This document shows, in pieces, positions 21,869 through 30,768 of a stretch of DNA of 64,000 nucleotides. The position numbers were made by a program, and so were the translations under genes. The notes beneath the pieces are model-generated. The model made no database searches. It saw nothing but the letters and a program-made list of their open reading frames with translations, and was not told the DNA's origin. The stretch comes from Patescibacteria group bacterium (GTDB lineage: Bacteria > Patescibacteriota > Patescibacteriia > UBA10025 > JAHIVO01): the NCBI GenBank assembly GCA_028718605.1, contig JAQULM010000002.1:65776-129775 (forward strand), read 5' to 3'. Numbering within the stretch: position 1 is the first letter of the stretch; the number at the start of each line of letters is the position of its first letter.

Positions 21869-22492
21869 TTACTTACTCGTTAGTGCGGCTGATAACTTCT
21901 TAGTTACGGCATCCCAGTTGACGACGCTCCAGAATGCTTTGATATAATCAGGGCGCAGATTACGGTACTTCAAGTAATACGCATGTTCCCAAACATCGAG
22001 GGCCAGTATCGGTGTACGCCCCGATGACAGTGGGGTGTCCTGATTTGAAGTTTTCTCGACAGAGAGTGTGCCATCAGAAACCACAAGCCACGCCCACCCG
22101 GAGCCAAACTGCGTTGTTGCAGCTTCTTCAAACAGTTTTTTAAACTTTTCGAAAGTGCCGAAATCACGTTCAATCGCTTTCTTGAGATCTCCGGCCGGTT
22201 CGCCGCCGGCGTGTGGACCCATAATTTCCCAGAAAAGCGCGTGGTTGACGTGCCCTCCACCGTTGTTACGGACAGCGCCTCGAACATCTTCTGGGATTGT
22301 ATCAATCGTACGAAGAATTTCCTCCGGGCTTTTGGAATAAAACTCAGGGTATTTCTCAAGTGCTGCATTCAGTTTTGTCGTGTAAGCGACATGATGCTTG
22401 TCGTGGTGGACATGCATTGTTTCGGCATCGATGTACGGTTCAAGCGCGTCGTATTCATACGATAGATTGGGGGTTACAAATTGTTTTTTCAT
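21869..22492 (-). CDS. Fe/Mn superoxide dismutase
   Basis: [25 protein letters not shown], metal-ligand His/Asp positions, DVWEHAYY C-terminal motif. Confidence 0.9.
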   Translation of the reverse strand: MKKQFVTPNLSYEYDALEPYIDAETMHVHHDKHHVAYTTKLNAALEKYPEFYSKSPEEILRTIDTIPEDVRGAVRNNGGGHVNHALFWEIMGPHAGGEPAGDLKKAIERDFGTFEKFKKLFEEAATTQFGSGWAWLVVSDGTLSVEKTSNQDTPLSSGRTPILALDVWEHAYYLKYRNLRPDYIKAFWSVVNWDAVTKKLSAALTSK

Positions 22493-22561
22493 AAATGTGC
22501 TGGAATTAAAAATTACCTTAGTATTTTTATACTAGCAAGTAACCAAAAAAGTGCAAAACGT

Positions 22562-22975
22562 TCATTTCGGATATCTGCTCGTTTTCCGGATCAATGGTTT
22601 TTCGATGCCGACCGCTGTCCGTAACGCTTCGAGCGCAAGCAGCGCGCATTTCTTACGGGCTGGAGTAATCGGAACGCCCATATCAGCTATAAAGTCTCCG
22701 TCAGTATATACCGCAAGCTCCTTGATGGTTTTTCCCTTCACGAATTCGGTCAACATAGATGCGCCTGCTCGCGTCAGGCTGCAGCCGGTGCCCTCAAACT
22801 TGACGCTCAATAGTTTTTTTTTCTTTCCGTCGAGCTTATATGCGATCACTATACGATCGCCGCACAATGGATTATCCCGCTCCGCGGAACCATCGGGGTG
22901 TCGCATAATACCCTTGTTACGCGGGTTTTTATAATGGTCCATGATAATTTCACGGTACAATATACTCTCTGTCAT
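22562..22975 (-). CDS. sufU: SUF-system Fe-S scaffold/sulfur-transfer protein SufU (NifU/IscU-like N-domain)
   Basis: DHYKNPRNKG, CGD, GTGCSL cysteine motifs; directly downstream of sufS. The track start may be a few codons too far upstream. Confidence 0.75.
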   Translation of the reverse strand: MTESILYREIIMDHYKNPRNKGIMRHPDGSAERDNPLCGDRIVIAYKLDGKKKKLLSVKFEGTGCSLTRAGASMLTEFVKGKTIKELAVYTDGDFIADMGVPITPARKKCALLALEALRTAVGIEKPLIRKTSRYPK

Positions 22976-24216
22976 ACACGAAATATTTTTTTTACCTTAT
23001 AAACTCCGCGGATAAGCGCTTCGATATCAGCCGGCGTATTGTACAGGTAGAAACTCGCGCGCGCTGTCGCAGGCACGCCCAATTTTTCGTGCAATGGCTG
23101 GGCACAGTGGTCGCCCGCCCGAATAGCGATCCCCTCCTCGTCAAATATTGATGCGATATCGTGGGGATGGGCATCGCCGACGCTAAACGCGATCGCACTG
23201 CTGCGATCCCTTGTTTCTTTCGGCCCATACACTTCAACGCCAGGGATGGCGAGGAGCGCTGGTAATGCCCGTGCGGTAAGTTTCTCCTCATACGCCTGGA
23301 CAGTTTTCATGCCAAACGCGGAAAGATAATCGAGTGCCGCACCGAATCCGATCACGCCCGCGATATCGGGCGTCCCTGCTTCAAACTTCCACGGCAGATC
23401 ATTCCATTGGGCTCCCTCGAACGTTACCTTCGAAATCATATCGCCACCGGTCATGAAAGGGCGCATTTCGCTGAGAATCTCCTCCCTGCCGTGCAGAACG
23501 CCTACCCCAGACGGCCCGAGCATCTTGTGCGCGGAGAATACATAGAAATCAGCGCCAATCGCCTGCACGTCAACTGGCAGATGCGGTACGCTTTGGGCGC
23601 CGTCAACCAACACAATGGCCGGCGACTTTTTACGTGCAATTTGAACCAGCTTCGCGGCTGGATTAATTGTGCCGAGAACATTCGATACGTGGGCAAATGC
23701 GACAATCTTCGTCTTCACTGATATCATGGATTCAAACGCATCGAGATCAAGCCGGCCTCGTCCAGTTATTGGAACATACCGTACTTTCGCACCATGCTCC
23801 TTTGCAAGCTCCTGCCAGGGTACCAGATTCGCATGGTGTTCCATCTCGGTAATGAGTATCTCGTCCCCTTTTCGAATATTCGCCTTGCCCCATGAATACG
23901 CGACGAGATTGATGCTCTCGGTCGCATTTCGGGTAAAAATAATCTCCCGAGTGCTTCCGGCATTGATGAACGACCGAACTTTCTCGCGAACCTCTTCGTA
24001 CGCTTCGGATGCACGCTCGGAAAACTGATAAATCCCGCGGTGGACGTTCGCATAATAATTTTTATAGCATGCGCTCATCGCATCAATGACAGCCTGCGGC
24101 TTCTGGGTAGACGCTGCGGAATCGAGAAATACAAAACGCTTGCCATGAACTCGTTTCTTAAGTATGGGAAAATCGCGAATGCATGCGGCGCTCAGTTTTT
24201 TGTTTTTAAACACCAT
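22972..24216 (-). CDS. sufS: Cysteine desulfurase SufS (class V aminotransferase, PLP)
   Basis: 414 aa, PLP-lysine region SAHKMLGPSGVGVL, SufS-type active-site loop RAGDHCAQP, 4-nt overlap with sufU. Confidence 0.9.
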   Translation of the reverse strand: MVFKNKKLSAACIRDFPILKKRVHGKRFVFLDSAASTQKPQAVIDAMSACYKNYYANVHRGIYQFSERASEAYEEVREKVRSFINAGSTREIIFTRNATESINLVAYSWGKANIRKGDEILITEMEHHANLVPWQELAKEHGAKVRYVPITGRGRLDLDAFESMISVKTKIVAFAHVSNVLGTINPAAKLVQIARKKSPAIVLVDGAQSVPHLPVDVQAIGADFYVFSAHKMLGPSGVGVLHGREEILSEMRPFMTGGDMISKVTFEGAQWNDLPWKFEAGTPDIAGVIGFGAALDYLSAFGMKTVQAYEEKLTARALPALLAIPGVEVYGPKETRDRSSAIAFSVGDAHPHDIASIFDEEGIAIRAGDHCAQPLHEKLGVPATARASFYLYNTPADIEALIRGVYKVKKIFRV

Positions 24217-24231
24217 AATTCTTTTTTATTC

Positions 24232-24702
24232 CTACACTGGTCGGTATTTATCCCATACGGCTTGGACCCGCTGGGCGTGTCCTTTCGTCGCTTGAGCGAG
24301 CTTTGACAAGAGCTCCCTGAATTCCGCCAAATCTGATTTAAATACGGTATAATACTCTTTTTCAATCAATGATGACTCAATATCATGGGCGATTGAGAGC
24401 GCATTGATAAGCTCGAGACCGCCCTGTTCCGCCTGTGCTATGAGCGTAGCGAGGTATTGCAGTGTTGATTCGATGGATGATTCATTGAATCTGCCTTTCT
24501 GGAAAAAAACGAGTCCCTCGTCAACCCTAGGCATGAGCCTCTTCACCCATGTCGCATGCTGCGCTTCTTCCCCGGCGATCGTCATCCAGAAATCTTTTTC
24601 TTCGGGAAAACGCCCCGCGTACAGATTATACAAGCGGTTCATGGACTCCTCCAGGAGTGCCAGCTTGTTCAACATCGTGATTTGAAAATTTTCCAGTGCC
24701 AT
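24232..24702 (-). CDS. Ferritin-like/rubrerythrin-like four-helix-bundle hypothetical protein embedded in the suf operon
   Basis: One clear ExxH motif (GEEAQHATW) and a helical pattern. It sits between sufD and sufS, where no canonical suf gene is expected. Confidence 0.35.
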   Translation of the reverse strand: MALENFQITMLNKLALLEESMNRLYNLYAGRFPEEKDFWMTIAGEEAQHATWVKRLMPRVDEGLVFFQKGRFNESSIESTLQYLATLIAQAEQGGLELINALSIAHDIESSLIEKEYYTVFKSDLAEFRELLSKLAQATKGHAQRVQAVWDKYRPV

Positions 24703-24743
24703 ACCTGTTATCCTTAGTTAATTAATGTCGTTCGTTACGTTCA

Positions 24744-25391
24744 TCAGCTGCGTGAACCAATGTGCGCGGTTAGAAAGCTGCCGGCAATCATCCGACGTGC
24801 AGTTCCTGGAGTAATTCCCCGGGACGAAAGGTAGAATAACTCTTCGCCACTGACAGTCCGGATCGTCGCGCTATGAGATGCGCGCACGTCATCAGTCTGA
24901 ATCTCAAGCGTTGGCACCGATAGTGCACTCGCATGGTCGAATAAAAGGGCATGGCCCGAATAATGAGCGACTGTCCGGTGGGCATCCGGTTCAATGACGA
25001 TGAGGCCTGCCATTGTGCCAGATGAGTTGCCCTCATACACCCCCCGTAACAGTATATCACTCTTTGTATTCCGTACATTATGGTGGAGCACAACACGCAC
25101 CTGATGCCGATCAGCGCGGGTGCCATGAAATGCGCCCACCACAACAGCTTCAGCGCCTGGTTGGTTCAAATGAATAACAAGGTTCGCCGATACACGTACC
25201 TGCGGTTGTACAACACAACTCAGATAAATACGCGAGCGCTTGCCAAGCATAACCGTGAGGGAGCTTGCAGCAACTGGCTGCCAAAAAACAGTCGCCGCAA
25301 CGCCACCGCGGACGTTAATGCGTGCTGATGCACGGAGTGTAATTTTTTTCGATGTGGCAACGTTTATGATTTTCATATTACCCGACGGCAT
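24744..25391 (-). CDS. sufD: Fe-S cluster assembly protein SufD (short form)
   Basis: C-terminal SufBD beta-helix motifs (QTDDVRASHSATI, EELFYLSSRGI) are parallel to SufB; overlaps sufB by 14 nt. Confidence 0.7.
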   Translation of the reverse strand: MPSGNMKIINVATSKKITLRASARINVRGGVAATVFWQPVAASSLTVMLGKRSRIYLSCVVQPQVRVSANLVIHLNQPGAEAVVVGAFHGTRADRHQVRVVLHHNVRNTKSDILLRGVYEGNSSGTMAGLIVIEPDAHRTVAHYSGHALLFDHASALSVPTLEIQTDDVRASHSATIRTVSGEELFYLSSRGITPGTARRMIAGSFLTAHIGSRS

Positions 25392-26814
25392 TACTCATCT
25401 CATATTCCAGCAATCTATTGAGCTCAACGGCATATTCGAGCGGCAACTCTTTGGCAATCGGCTCCACGAAGCCGGCAACGATCATGCTGACCGCTTCTTG
25501 CTCAGAGAGGCCGCGGCTCTGCAGGTAAAAAAGCTGCTCCTCGCCGATCCTGCCGACCGACGCCTCGTGCCCCACGCGTGCCTGGGGCTCATACACTTCC
25601 ATACGCGGATACGTATCGGAGCGGGCGCGTGGATTGAGAAGGAGGGCATCGCAGCTGACATGGGAAGCGCTCCCTCGCATCCCGCGCGGTATGCGCACCA
25701 AGCCGCGATAGGATGTTCGGCCGGTACCTTTTGATATTGATTTGGAAATGATCCGCGACGACGTTTCCGGGGCACCATGGATCGCGCGTGCCCCAGCATC
25801 GATGACCTGGCCGGTCCCCGCACATGCCATCGAGAGTACCTCCCCTCTTGCCTTCCGCCCAAGCAGATAAACCGACGGGTATTTCATGGTAACACCGCTG
25901 CCAATATTACCGTCAACCCATTCCATAATACCCTCTTCGTAAACAAATGAACGTTTCGTCACGAGATTGAAAACGTTCTTCGACCAATTCTGCACAGTGG
26001 TGTATCGGACACGCGCGCCTTTTTTCACAATAATTTCAACAACCGCCGAATGCAGAGAACTCGTGCTGTATCGCGGCGCGGTGCAGCCTTCGACGTAGTG
26101 CACGTAGCTGCCCGGCTCGGCAATAATGAGCGTCCGCTCAAACTGCCCGACCTGCGGCGCATTGATGCGGTAGTACGCCTGAAGGGGCAATGCGACACGA
26201 ACTCCTGCGGGCACGTACACGAAGCTGCCGCCGCTCCAGACCGCCGTATTGAGCGCCGAAAATTTGTTATCAGCCGCAGGAACGACTGTCCCAAAATACC
26301 TCTGGATGATTTCTGGATGCTGCCGTACTGCCGTATCCATATCCGTAAATATGACACCGGTTTGCGCCAGTTTTTCCTGAATACTGTGGTACACCGCTTC
26401 TGACTCATACTGCGCCATCACGCCCATCAGGTATTTCCGCTCTGCCCGCGGGATGCCGATCCGATCGTACGTTTTACGGATCGGTGCTGGCACATCTGAC
26501 CACCGCTGTGCAACTTTTTCTGTCGGTCTGATATAGTAATGCAGATTCGCAAAGTCAACCGACGCTATATCAGGCCCCCACACAGGCGCCTTCCGCCGGA
26601 GAAACGTCTGGTGCGCAGACAGACGAACCCTCCGCATCCATTCAGGCTCCTTTTTTACATACGCGATCTCTTCGACGATCCGCTTCGATAATCCTCTCGG
26701 GGTTCGGTGGATATACGAAACTTTATCAGGCGCGAAAAGCCCATCCTGCACGTTGCTCCGCCGCATATTCGCTGTTCCCTGTCTTCCCCGCGATCCCATA
26801 ACGGTATATATCAA
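25378..26814 (-). CDS. sufB: Fe-S cluster assembly protein SufB
   Basis: 478 aa, SufB N-terminal region, conserved beta-helix core, SufB C-terminal motif (RIGEEQLFYLQSRGL). Confidence 0.9.
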   Translation of the reverse strand: MIYTVMGSRGRQGTANMRRSNVQDGLFAPDKVSYIHRTPRGLSKRIVEEIAYVKKEPEWMRRVRLSAHQTFLRRKAPVWGPDIASVDFANLHYYIRPTEKVAQRWSDVPAPIRKTYDRIGIPRAERKYLMGVMAQYESEAVYHSIQEKLAQTGVIFTDMDTAVRQHPEIIQRYFGTVVPAADNKFSALNTAVWSGGSFVYVPAGVRVALPLQAYYRINAPQVGQFERTLIIAEPGSYVHYVEGCTAPRYSTSSLHSAVVEIIVKKGARVRYTTVQNWSKNVFNLVTKRSFVYEEGIMEWVDGNIGSGVTMKYPSVYLLGRKARGEVLSMACAGTGQVIDAGARAIHGAPETSSRIISKSISKGTGRTSYRGLVRIPRGMRGSASHVSCDALLLNPRARSDTYPRMEVYEPQARVGHEASVGRIGEEQLFYLQSRGLSEQEAVSMIVAGFVEPIAKELPLEYAVELNRLLEYEMSNAVG

Positions 26815-27575
26815 CTGTTACGCCGTACAATTTTCGTGCCGTCCACTGACTTTTCATACCCACGGCGCTCAATCGCATTCGCCAGTGCAGCCCGGCCAGA
26901 CTTTACGATGGTACCGCCAATGAGAATGTGGACACGGTCCGGCTTAAGGTACTTCAAAATTCGAGCATAGTGAGTAATGAGGAGGACACTGGTGCCTTTC
27001 CGGGCACGTGCACGGATTGCTTGCGCGATAAGTTTCAGGGCATCTACGTCAAGCCCTGAATCGATCTCGTCGAGAACGACAACCCGCGGCTCAAGAACAA
27101 GCATCTGCAACACTTCGAGTTTCTTGCGCTCACCGCCGGAAAATCCCTCGTTCAGGAACCGGCGTGCGAGGTCAATACTGATCCGCAAACGATTCGCGTA
27201 CATTTCGAAACGCGTACGGAATTCAACCGGCCCCAGGCGTGTACGCGGGTGAGTAGTGTTATACGCGGTCCGGAGGAAATGTTCGGTTGAAAGCCCCGGC
27301 ACTTCGACAGGATGCTGGAACGACATAAACAATCCTGCGTGTGCGCGTTTTTCGGGGTCCAACTTCCGGATTTCTTTCCCGAATAAGCGAATACTGCCGC
27401 TCTGGACTGCGCAATCCGGCCGACCCATGATTGTAGCTGCGAATGTTGATTTCCCTGAACCATTGGGGCCCATGATCGCATGAATTTCCCGCGGCGCCAT
27501 CGACAGGCTCACGTCCTGGAGGATCCGCGTACCCCCGATCGCAACCCGTAACTTCTTTATCTCAAGTGATTTCAT
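26811..27575 (-). CDS. sufC: Fe-S cluster assembly ATPase SufC
   Basis: Walker A GPNGSGKST, ABC signature LSGGERKKLE, Walker B VVLDEIDSGLD, ~250 aa; translationally coupled to sufB and fur. Confidence 0.9.
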   Translation of the reverse strand: MKSLEIKKLRVAIGGTRILQDVSLSMAPREIHAIMGPNGSGKSTFAATIMGRPDCAVQSGSIRLFGKEIRKLDPEKRAHAGLFMSFQHPVEVPGLSTEHFLRTAYNTTHPRTRLGPVEFRTRFEMYANRLRISIDLARRFLNEGFSGGERKKLEVLQMLVLEPRVVVLDEIDSGLDVDALKLIAQAIRARARKGTSVLLITHYARILKYLKPDRVHILIGGTIVKSGRAALANAIERRGYEKSVDGTKIVRRNS

Positions 27576-28153
27576 GTTTTTCGCATATTACTCGTGCCAA
27601 AACGGCGAATGGCGCTTGTTGGCCCATAGTATGAACAATTCGTCTGGAAACAGCACGACTTGCATACGGGCGCGTCCTTCTTGAGGTCATCGAGGAGCGA
27701 CCCGCATGCCATGCAAAAAAGTTCCGGGGTAAGCAGGTGGGGCGAATGGCGCTTGCTGCATTTTCGGCAAATACCCTGGACTTCAAAATTCTCTGACCGT
27801 ATGTAAAATGCGTTGCTCTGCGCGAGATTCTTCACCTCGCTGAAAAATGCTGAACCGCGCGTATCATCAACGTCGGTAATCGAGTGGCACTTCTCACAGA
27901 CGAAATGAATATGCGAATCGACCCGCGCCTCGAACCGCGCGACCTTGTCAATCACGCATTCTTTCAGGTATCCGTGGCCGCGGAGAAAATTCAGGTTGCG
28001 GTATACGGTGCCAAAACTAATATGAGGCAGTCGCTTCTTTACCGCATTGAATATTTTTTCAGCAGTTGGGTGTGATTTGTCTTTGCGGACGTAATCGAGT
28101 ATCACCATGCGCTGCGTGGTGAGCCGATGATCCGCCTTTTTTCGCAGAGGCAT
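27572..28153 (-). CDS. fur: Fur-family metalloregulator (Fur/PerR-like) with an unusual C-terminal Cys-rich tail; first gene of the suf operon
   Basis: DNA-binding helix region HPTAEKIF...ISFGTVYRNLNFL, HxH and CxxC metal sites (HFVCEKCH). An additional ~60-aa tail carries CMACG...CKSCCFQTNC. The start is taken at ATG 28153 (MPLRKK) because the consensus -10 box lies over the track's TTG start at 28180. Confidence 0.7.
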   Translation of the reverse strand: MPLRKKADHRLTTQRMVILDYVRKDKSHPTAEKIFNAVKKRLPHISFGTVYRNLNFLRGHGYLKECVIDKVARFEARVDSHIHFVCEKCHSITDVDDTRGSAFFSEVKNLAQSNAFYIRSENFEVQGICRKCSKRHSPHLLTPELFCMACGSLLDDLKKDAPVCKSCCFQTNCSYYGPTSAIRRFGTSNMRKT

Positions 28154-28182
28154 TCGAAAGCTATTAAGAATGATTCTCAATA

Positions 28183-28211
28183 ATTATAAATCACCCCCCT
28201 TGTATTGTCAA
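28183..28211 (-). promoter_or_regulatory. Consensus sigma-70 promoter (TTGACA-17-TATAAT) driving fur-sufCBD-sufSU
   Basis: On the minus strand: TTGACA (plus 28206-28211), an exact 17-nt spacer, TATAAT (plus 28183-28188), about 30 nt upstream of the fur ATG. Read directly from the sequence. Confidence 0.6.
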
Positions 28212-28284
28212 ACGGGACAATCCAAGTATTTCCGCTCCCCTGTAAGTGCCAAATAGCTAAATTTAAGCAACTTTGAAGATTTGC

Positions 28285-28312
28285 TTGACTTTTACTTTTA
28301 TGGCAGTAAGAT
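28285..28312 (+). promoter_or_regulatory. Candidate promoter for the M32 carboxypeptidase gene (TTGACT-16-TAAGAT)
   Basis: TTGACT at 28285-28290, a 16-nt spacer, TAAGAT at 28307-28312; a GGAAGGTG Shine-Dalgarno precedes ATG 28387. Confidence 0.35.
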
Positions 28313-28386
28313 AAGCCAATATACAATAAAACCGAATAACCGAAAATAAACCAAAAAACCAAAAGCATTAGAAAGGAAGGTGCCAC

Positions 28387-29910
28387 ATGGCACACCCGCA
28401 CTTTGAGAACCTGCTTAAGGTACTCATTACCGCAAACCGTTTCGGCCGTCTCAAGAACATCCTTGAGTGGGACAAGCGGACCAATCTCCCGCCTACAGCC
28501 AAGCCCCAGCAGGGTGAACTGATGGCATGGGTCATCGGCGAATCCCACAAGGCATTCATCGACCCGAGAGTCGGTGACGCGATCGCCACGTGTAAGTCCA
28601 TACTCTCCGAGCTGTCGTACGTGGAGCAGCTCGTTGTCCAGAGGCTCGACCTGTGCTACCGTCGCGCAACCGCACTCCCCATCGAGTTTGTCACCCGCAG
28701 CGAGGAAGTCCAATCTGCCGCATTTGCAGCGTGGCTCCAGGCGAAACAGGAGAACAAGTTCAGCATATTCCAGGAGCACCTCGGGAATGCCTTTGACATC
28801 GCGCGCCAAGAAGCCGTGCTCCTTGGGGCGACTCCCGGCGACGCTGACTCGCTGTACAACACGCTCTTCTCCCGGTACGAACCAGGTATGACACTCGCCG
28901 AACTGCGCCCGGTCCTCGAGGGACTCCGCGCGTGGGTCGTGGAATTTCTCCAGAGAATCCGCGAAACCGGAATCGTCCGCACCGACGAGGCGCTCCGCAG
29001 CGAGTTCCCGGTCCACATGCAAGACCAGATCATCAGGAAGCTCCTTACGGCCATCGGGTACGACTTCAGCCGGGGCAACCTCAGCCCGACTGAGCATCCG
29101 TTCTCGGCGACCATCGGTCCCGGCGACCACCGCATCACGAACCACTGCTACCCTGACCGGCTCATCCCCGGATTGACCGGCAGCCTGCACGAAGCCGGCC
29201 ACTCCTTGTACGACCAGGGAACCGATCCGATCATGTGGCTGATCGACAATTCCGACCTGTTACTCTCGTTAGGGATCCACGAGTCGCAGTCGCGCACGTG
29301 GGAAAACCTCGTTGGCCGCAGCCGCGCGTTCTGGCAGTACGCCCTGCCCCTCGTGCGGCAAGCGTTCCCGCAGCTCTCACATCTGTCCGTCGGCGATATC
29401 TACTCGCTCGTGAATATCGTACAGCCGAGCCTTATCCGCATCTATGCGGACGAAGCGACGTACAACTCGCACATCCTCGTACGTTTAGAAATCGAACTGG
29501 CGCTCCTCGCCGGCACGCTCAAGCCTGCGGATGCCGCCCAAGCATTCGCCGACAAAATGAAAGAGTACGTCGGGATTCGCCCTGAGGACGATCTCCATGG
29601 AATCCTTCAGGACGTGCACTGGTCAACCGGCGCGGTCGGATACTTCCCCACTTATACGCTCGGCAACCTGGCAGCGGCGCAGCTCTTCGCGTCATTTACC
29701 GCGGCGGTTCCCGACTACCAGGAACAGTTCGCGCGAGGCGACTTCGGCTGTTTGCTCGCCTGGCAGCGCGAGCATATCCATGCCACCGGCCACCTCGAGA
29801 CACTGAGCGGCCTGCTCGTGAGAGTCACGGGCAAGCCCCTAGGCCTGGACGACTTCGCGGCCTACATGGATGCGAAGTTCGGCGAGCTGTATCCCCCGAA
29901 AGCAGCCTGA
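28387..29910 (+). CDS. M32-family metallocarboxypeptidase (carboxypeptidase Taq-like)
   Basis: HEAGHSLY (HExxH), HPF motif (EHPFSATIGPGDHRIT), IHESQSR, GYFPTYTLGN; ~507 aa. Confidence 0.85.
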   Translation: MAHPHFENLLKVLITANRFGRLKNILEWDKRTNLPPTAKPQQGELMAWVIGESHKAFIDPRVGDAIATCKSILSELSYVEQLVVQRLDLCYRRATALPIEFVTRSEEVQSAAFAAWLQAKQENKFSIFQEHLGNAFDIARQEAVLLGATPGDADSLYNTLFSRYEPGMTLAELRPVLEGLRAWVVEFLQRIRETGIVRTDEALRSEFPVHMQDQIIRKLLTAIGYDFSRGNLSPTEHPFSATIGPGDHRITNHCYPDRLIPGLTGSLHEAGHSLYDQGTDPIMWLIDNSDLLLSLGIHESQSRTWENLVGRSRAFWQYALPLVRQAFPQLSHLSVGDIYSLVNIVQPSLIRIYADEATYNSHILVRLEIELALLAGTLKPADAAQAFADKMKEYVGIRPEDDLHGILQDVHWSTGAVGYFPTYTLGNLAAAQLFASFTAAVPDYQEQFARGDFGCLLAWQREHIHATGHLETLSGLLVRVTGKPLGLDDFAAYMDAKFGELYPPKAA

Positions 29911-29993
29911 GGCAGACGAGACAGCATATAGTAACATCTCTCTCGATTGCGCCCAACACCTCGTAACTGAACTATAACAGTTACGCGGGATAG

Positions 29994-30047
29994 ACGGTCC
30001 GGTACAGTTCACACCTGCTAGTGGACTTGCCGGACCGTTCTTTTTTT
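29994..30047. terminator. Intrinsic terminator after the carboxypeptidase gene (GC stem then T7), probably shared by convergent genes
   Basis: GACGGTCCGG...CCGGACCGTTC stem followed by TTTTTTT. Confidence 0.6.
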
Positions 30048-30192
30048 CAATAATAATATTAAGTGAAGCCGAAGACCACCTCCTCAATAGCGCGGGCATG
30101 ATATTCCTCTCAGCTTTTACTTTCATATTGTCAAACGAGCAAATACAAAAACCCTCAACCTGTGCAAGACAGACTCAGTATTGAACGATAAT

Positions 30193-30741
30193 TTACAAAT
30201 TCGGCAACGTTACGCAGTCCGTATGCGCTGCGTCTGTACAGCAACCGGCAGTCTCGTATGTATAATCCCCATAGTTGCACCATGGACGCTCATCGGAGCA
30301 TTTCGTAACGACTTCCTTGGAAATATAATCAATAACCTCCTGTGGCCACACCCAGTTGCAGTAGTACTGAGTCCCGGGCGCAGCGTTCGGGTTCAAAACC
30401 GCGTTCGTGGTCCGCTGCGTGTTCGTGTTGGCACTGTGATTCGTATTCACCGCGGTATTCGTGGCTGGTTGAACGGTCTTTGTAGTAGCGGCCGTATGGT
30501 TGATGTTCGCGATAATATCCATGATCTCCGGGCCAGTCGGCTGGTAGCCAGTGTTTTTCGTGCACTGCTCGGGGCAGTACTGCTTTGACGAATCCGACAA
30601 GACGACCTCATAGCAGGTCTCCATGCAGTTCTCAAAACGCTGTTTATCTGTAAGCCCTCCGCGAAAAACGAAATACAACGCTGCAGCGCCAACGAGAATG
30701 CACACCACCACAACGATACGCACGATGTTTTTCTTGGCCAT
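30193..30741 (-). CDS. Membrane-anchored/secreted Cys-rich hypothetical protein (14 Cys) with a Thr/Asn-rich linker
   Basis: N-terminal hydrophobic segment (IVRIVVVVCILVGAAALYFVF), Cys pairs in both terminal regions, a low-complexity TNT-rich centre; no known domain recognised. Confidence 0.4.
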   Translation of the reverse strand: MAKKNIVRIVVVVCILVGAAALYFVFRGGLTDKQRFENCMETCYEVVLSDSSKQYCPEQCTKNTGYQPTGPEIMDIIANINHTAATTKTVQPATNTAVNTNHSANTNTQRTTNAVLNPNAAPGTQYYCNWVWPQEVIDYISKEVVTKCSDERPWCNYGDYTYETAGCCTDAAHTDCVTLPNL

Positions 30742-30768
30742 TGGTTATTGGATGCTTAATAAGTCCTC

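Noticed and set aside
28177-29202. 341-aa minus-strand ORF overlapping the M32 carboxypeptidase gene
   Set aside because: It is entirely antisense to a plus-strand gene with unmistakable M32 motifs (HEAGH, HPF, HESQSR). Long antisense ORFs are expected in GC-rich coding sequence, and it has no recognisable motifs of its own.
29839-30126. 95-aa minus-strand ORF between the carboxypeptidase gene and the Cys-rich protein gene
   Set aside because: It runs across the strong intrinsic terminator hairpin and T-tract (29994-30047), and its Arg/Ser/Ala-rich translation looks non-coding.
30120-30140. Second copy of the ATTGTCAAACG(G/A)G motif (first copy at 28201-28213 in the fur promoter), considered as a shared regulator-binding site
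   Set aside because: The first copy is simply the TTGACA -35 box of a consensus promoter read on the opposite strand. The second copy has no -10 box at proper spacing and lies in a 3' region, so the resemblance is most likely a chance -35-like hexamer.
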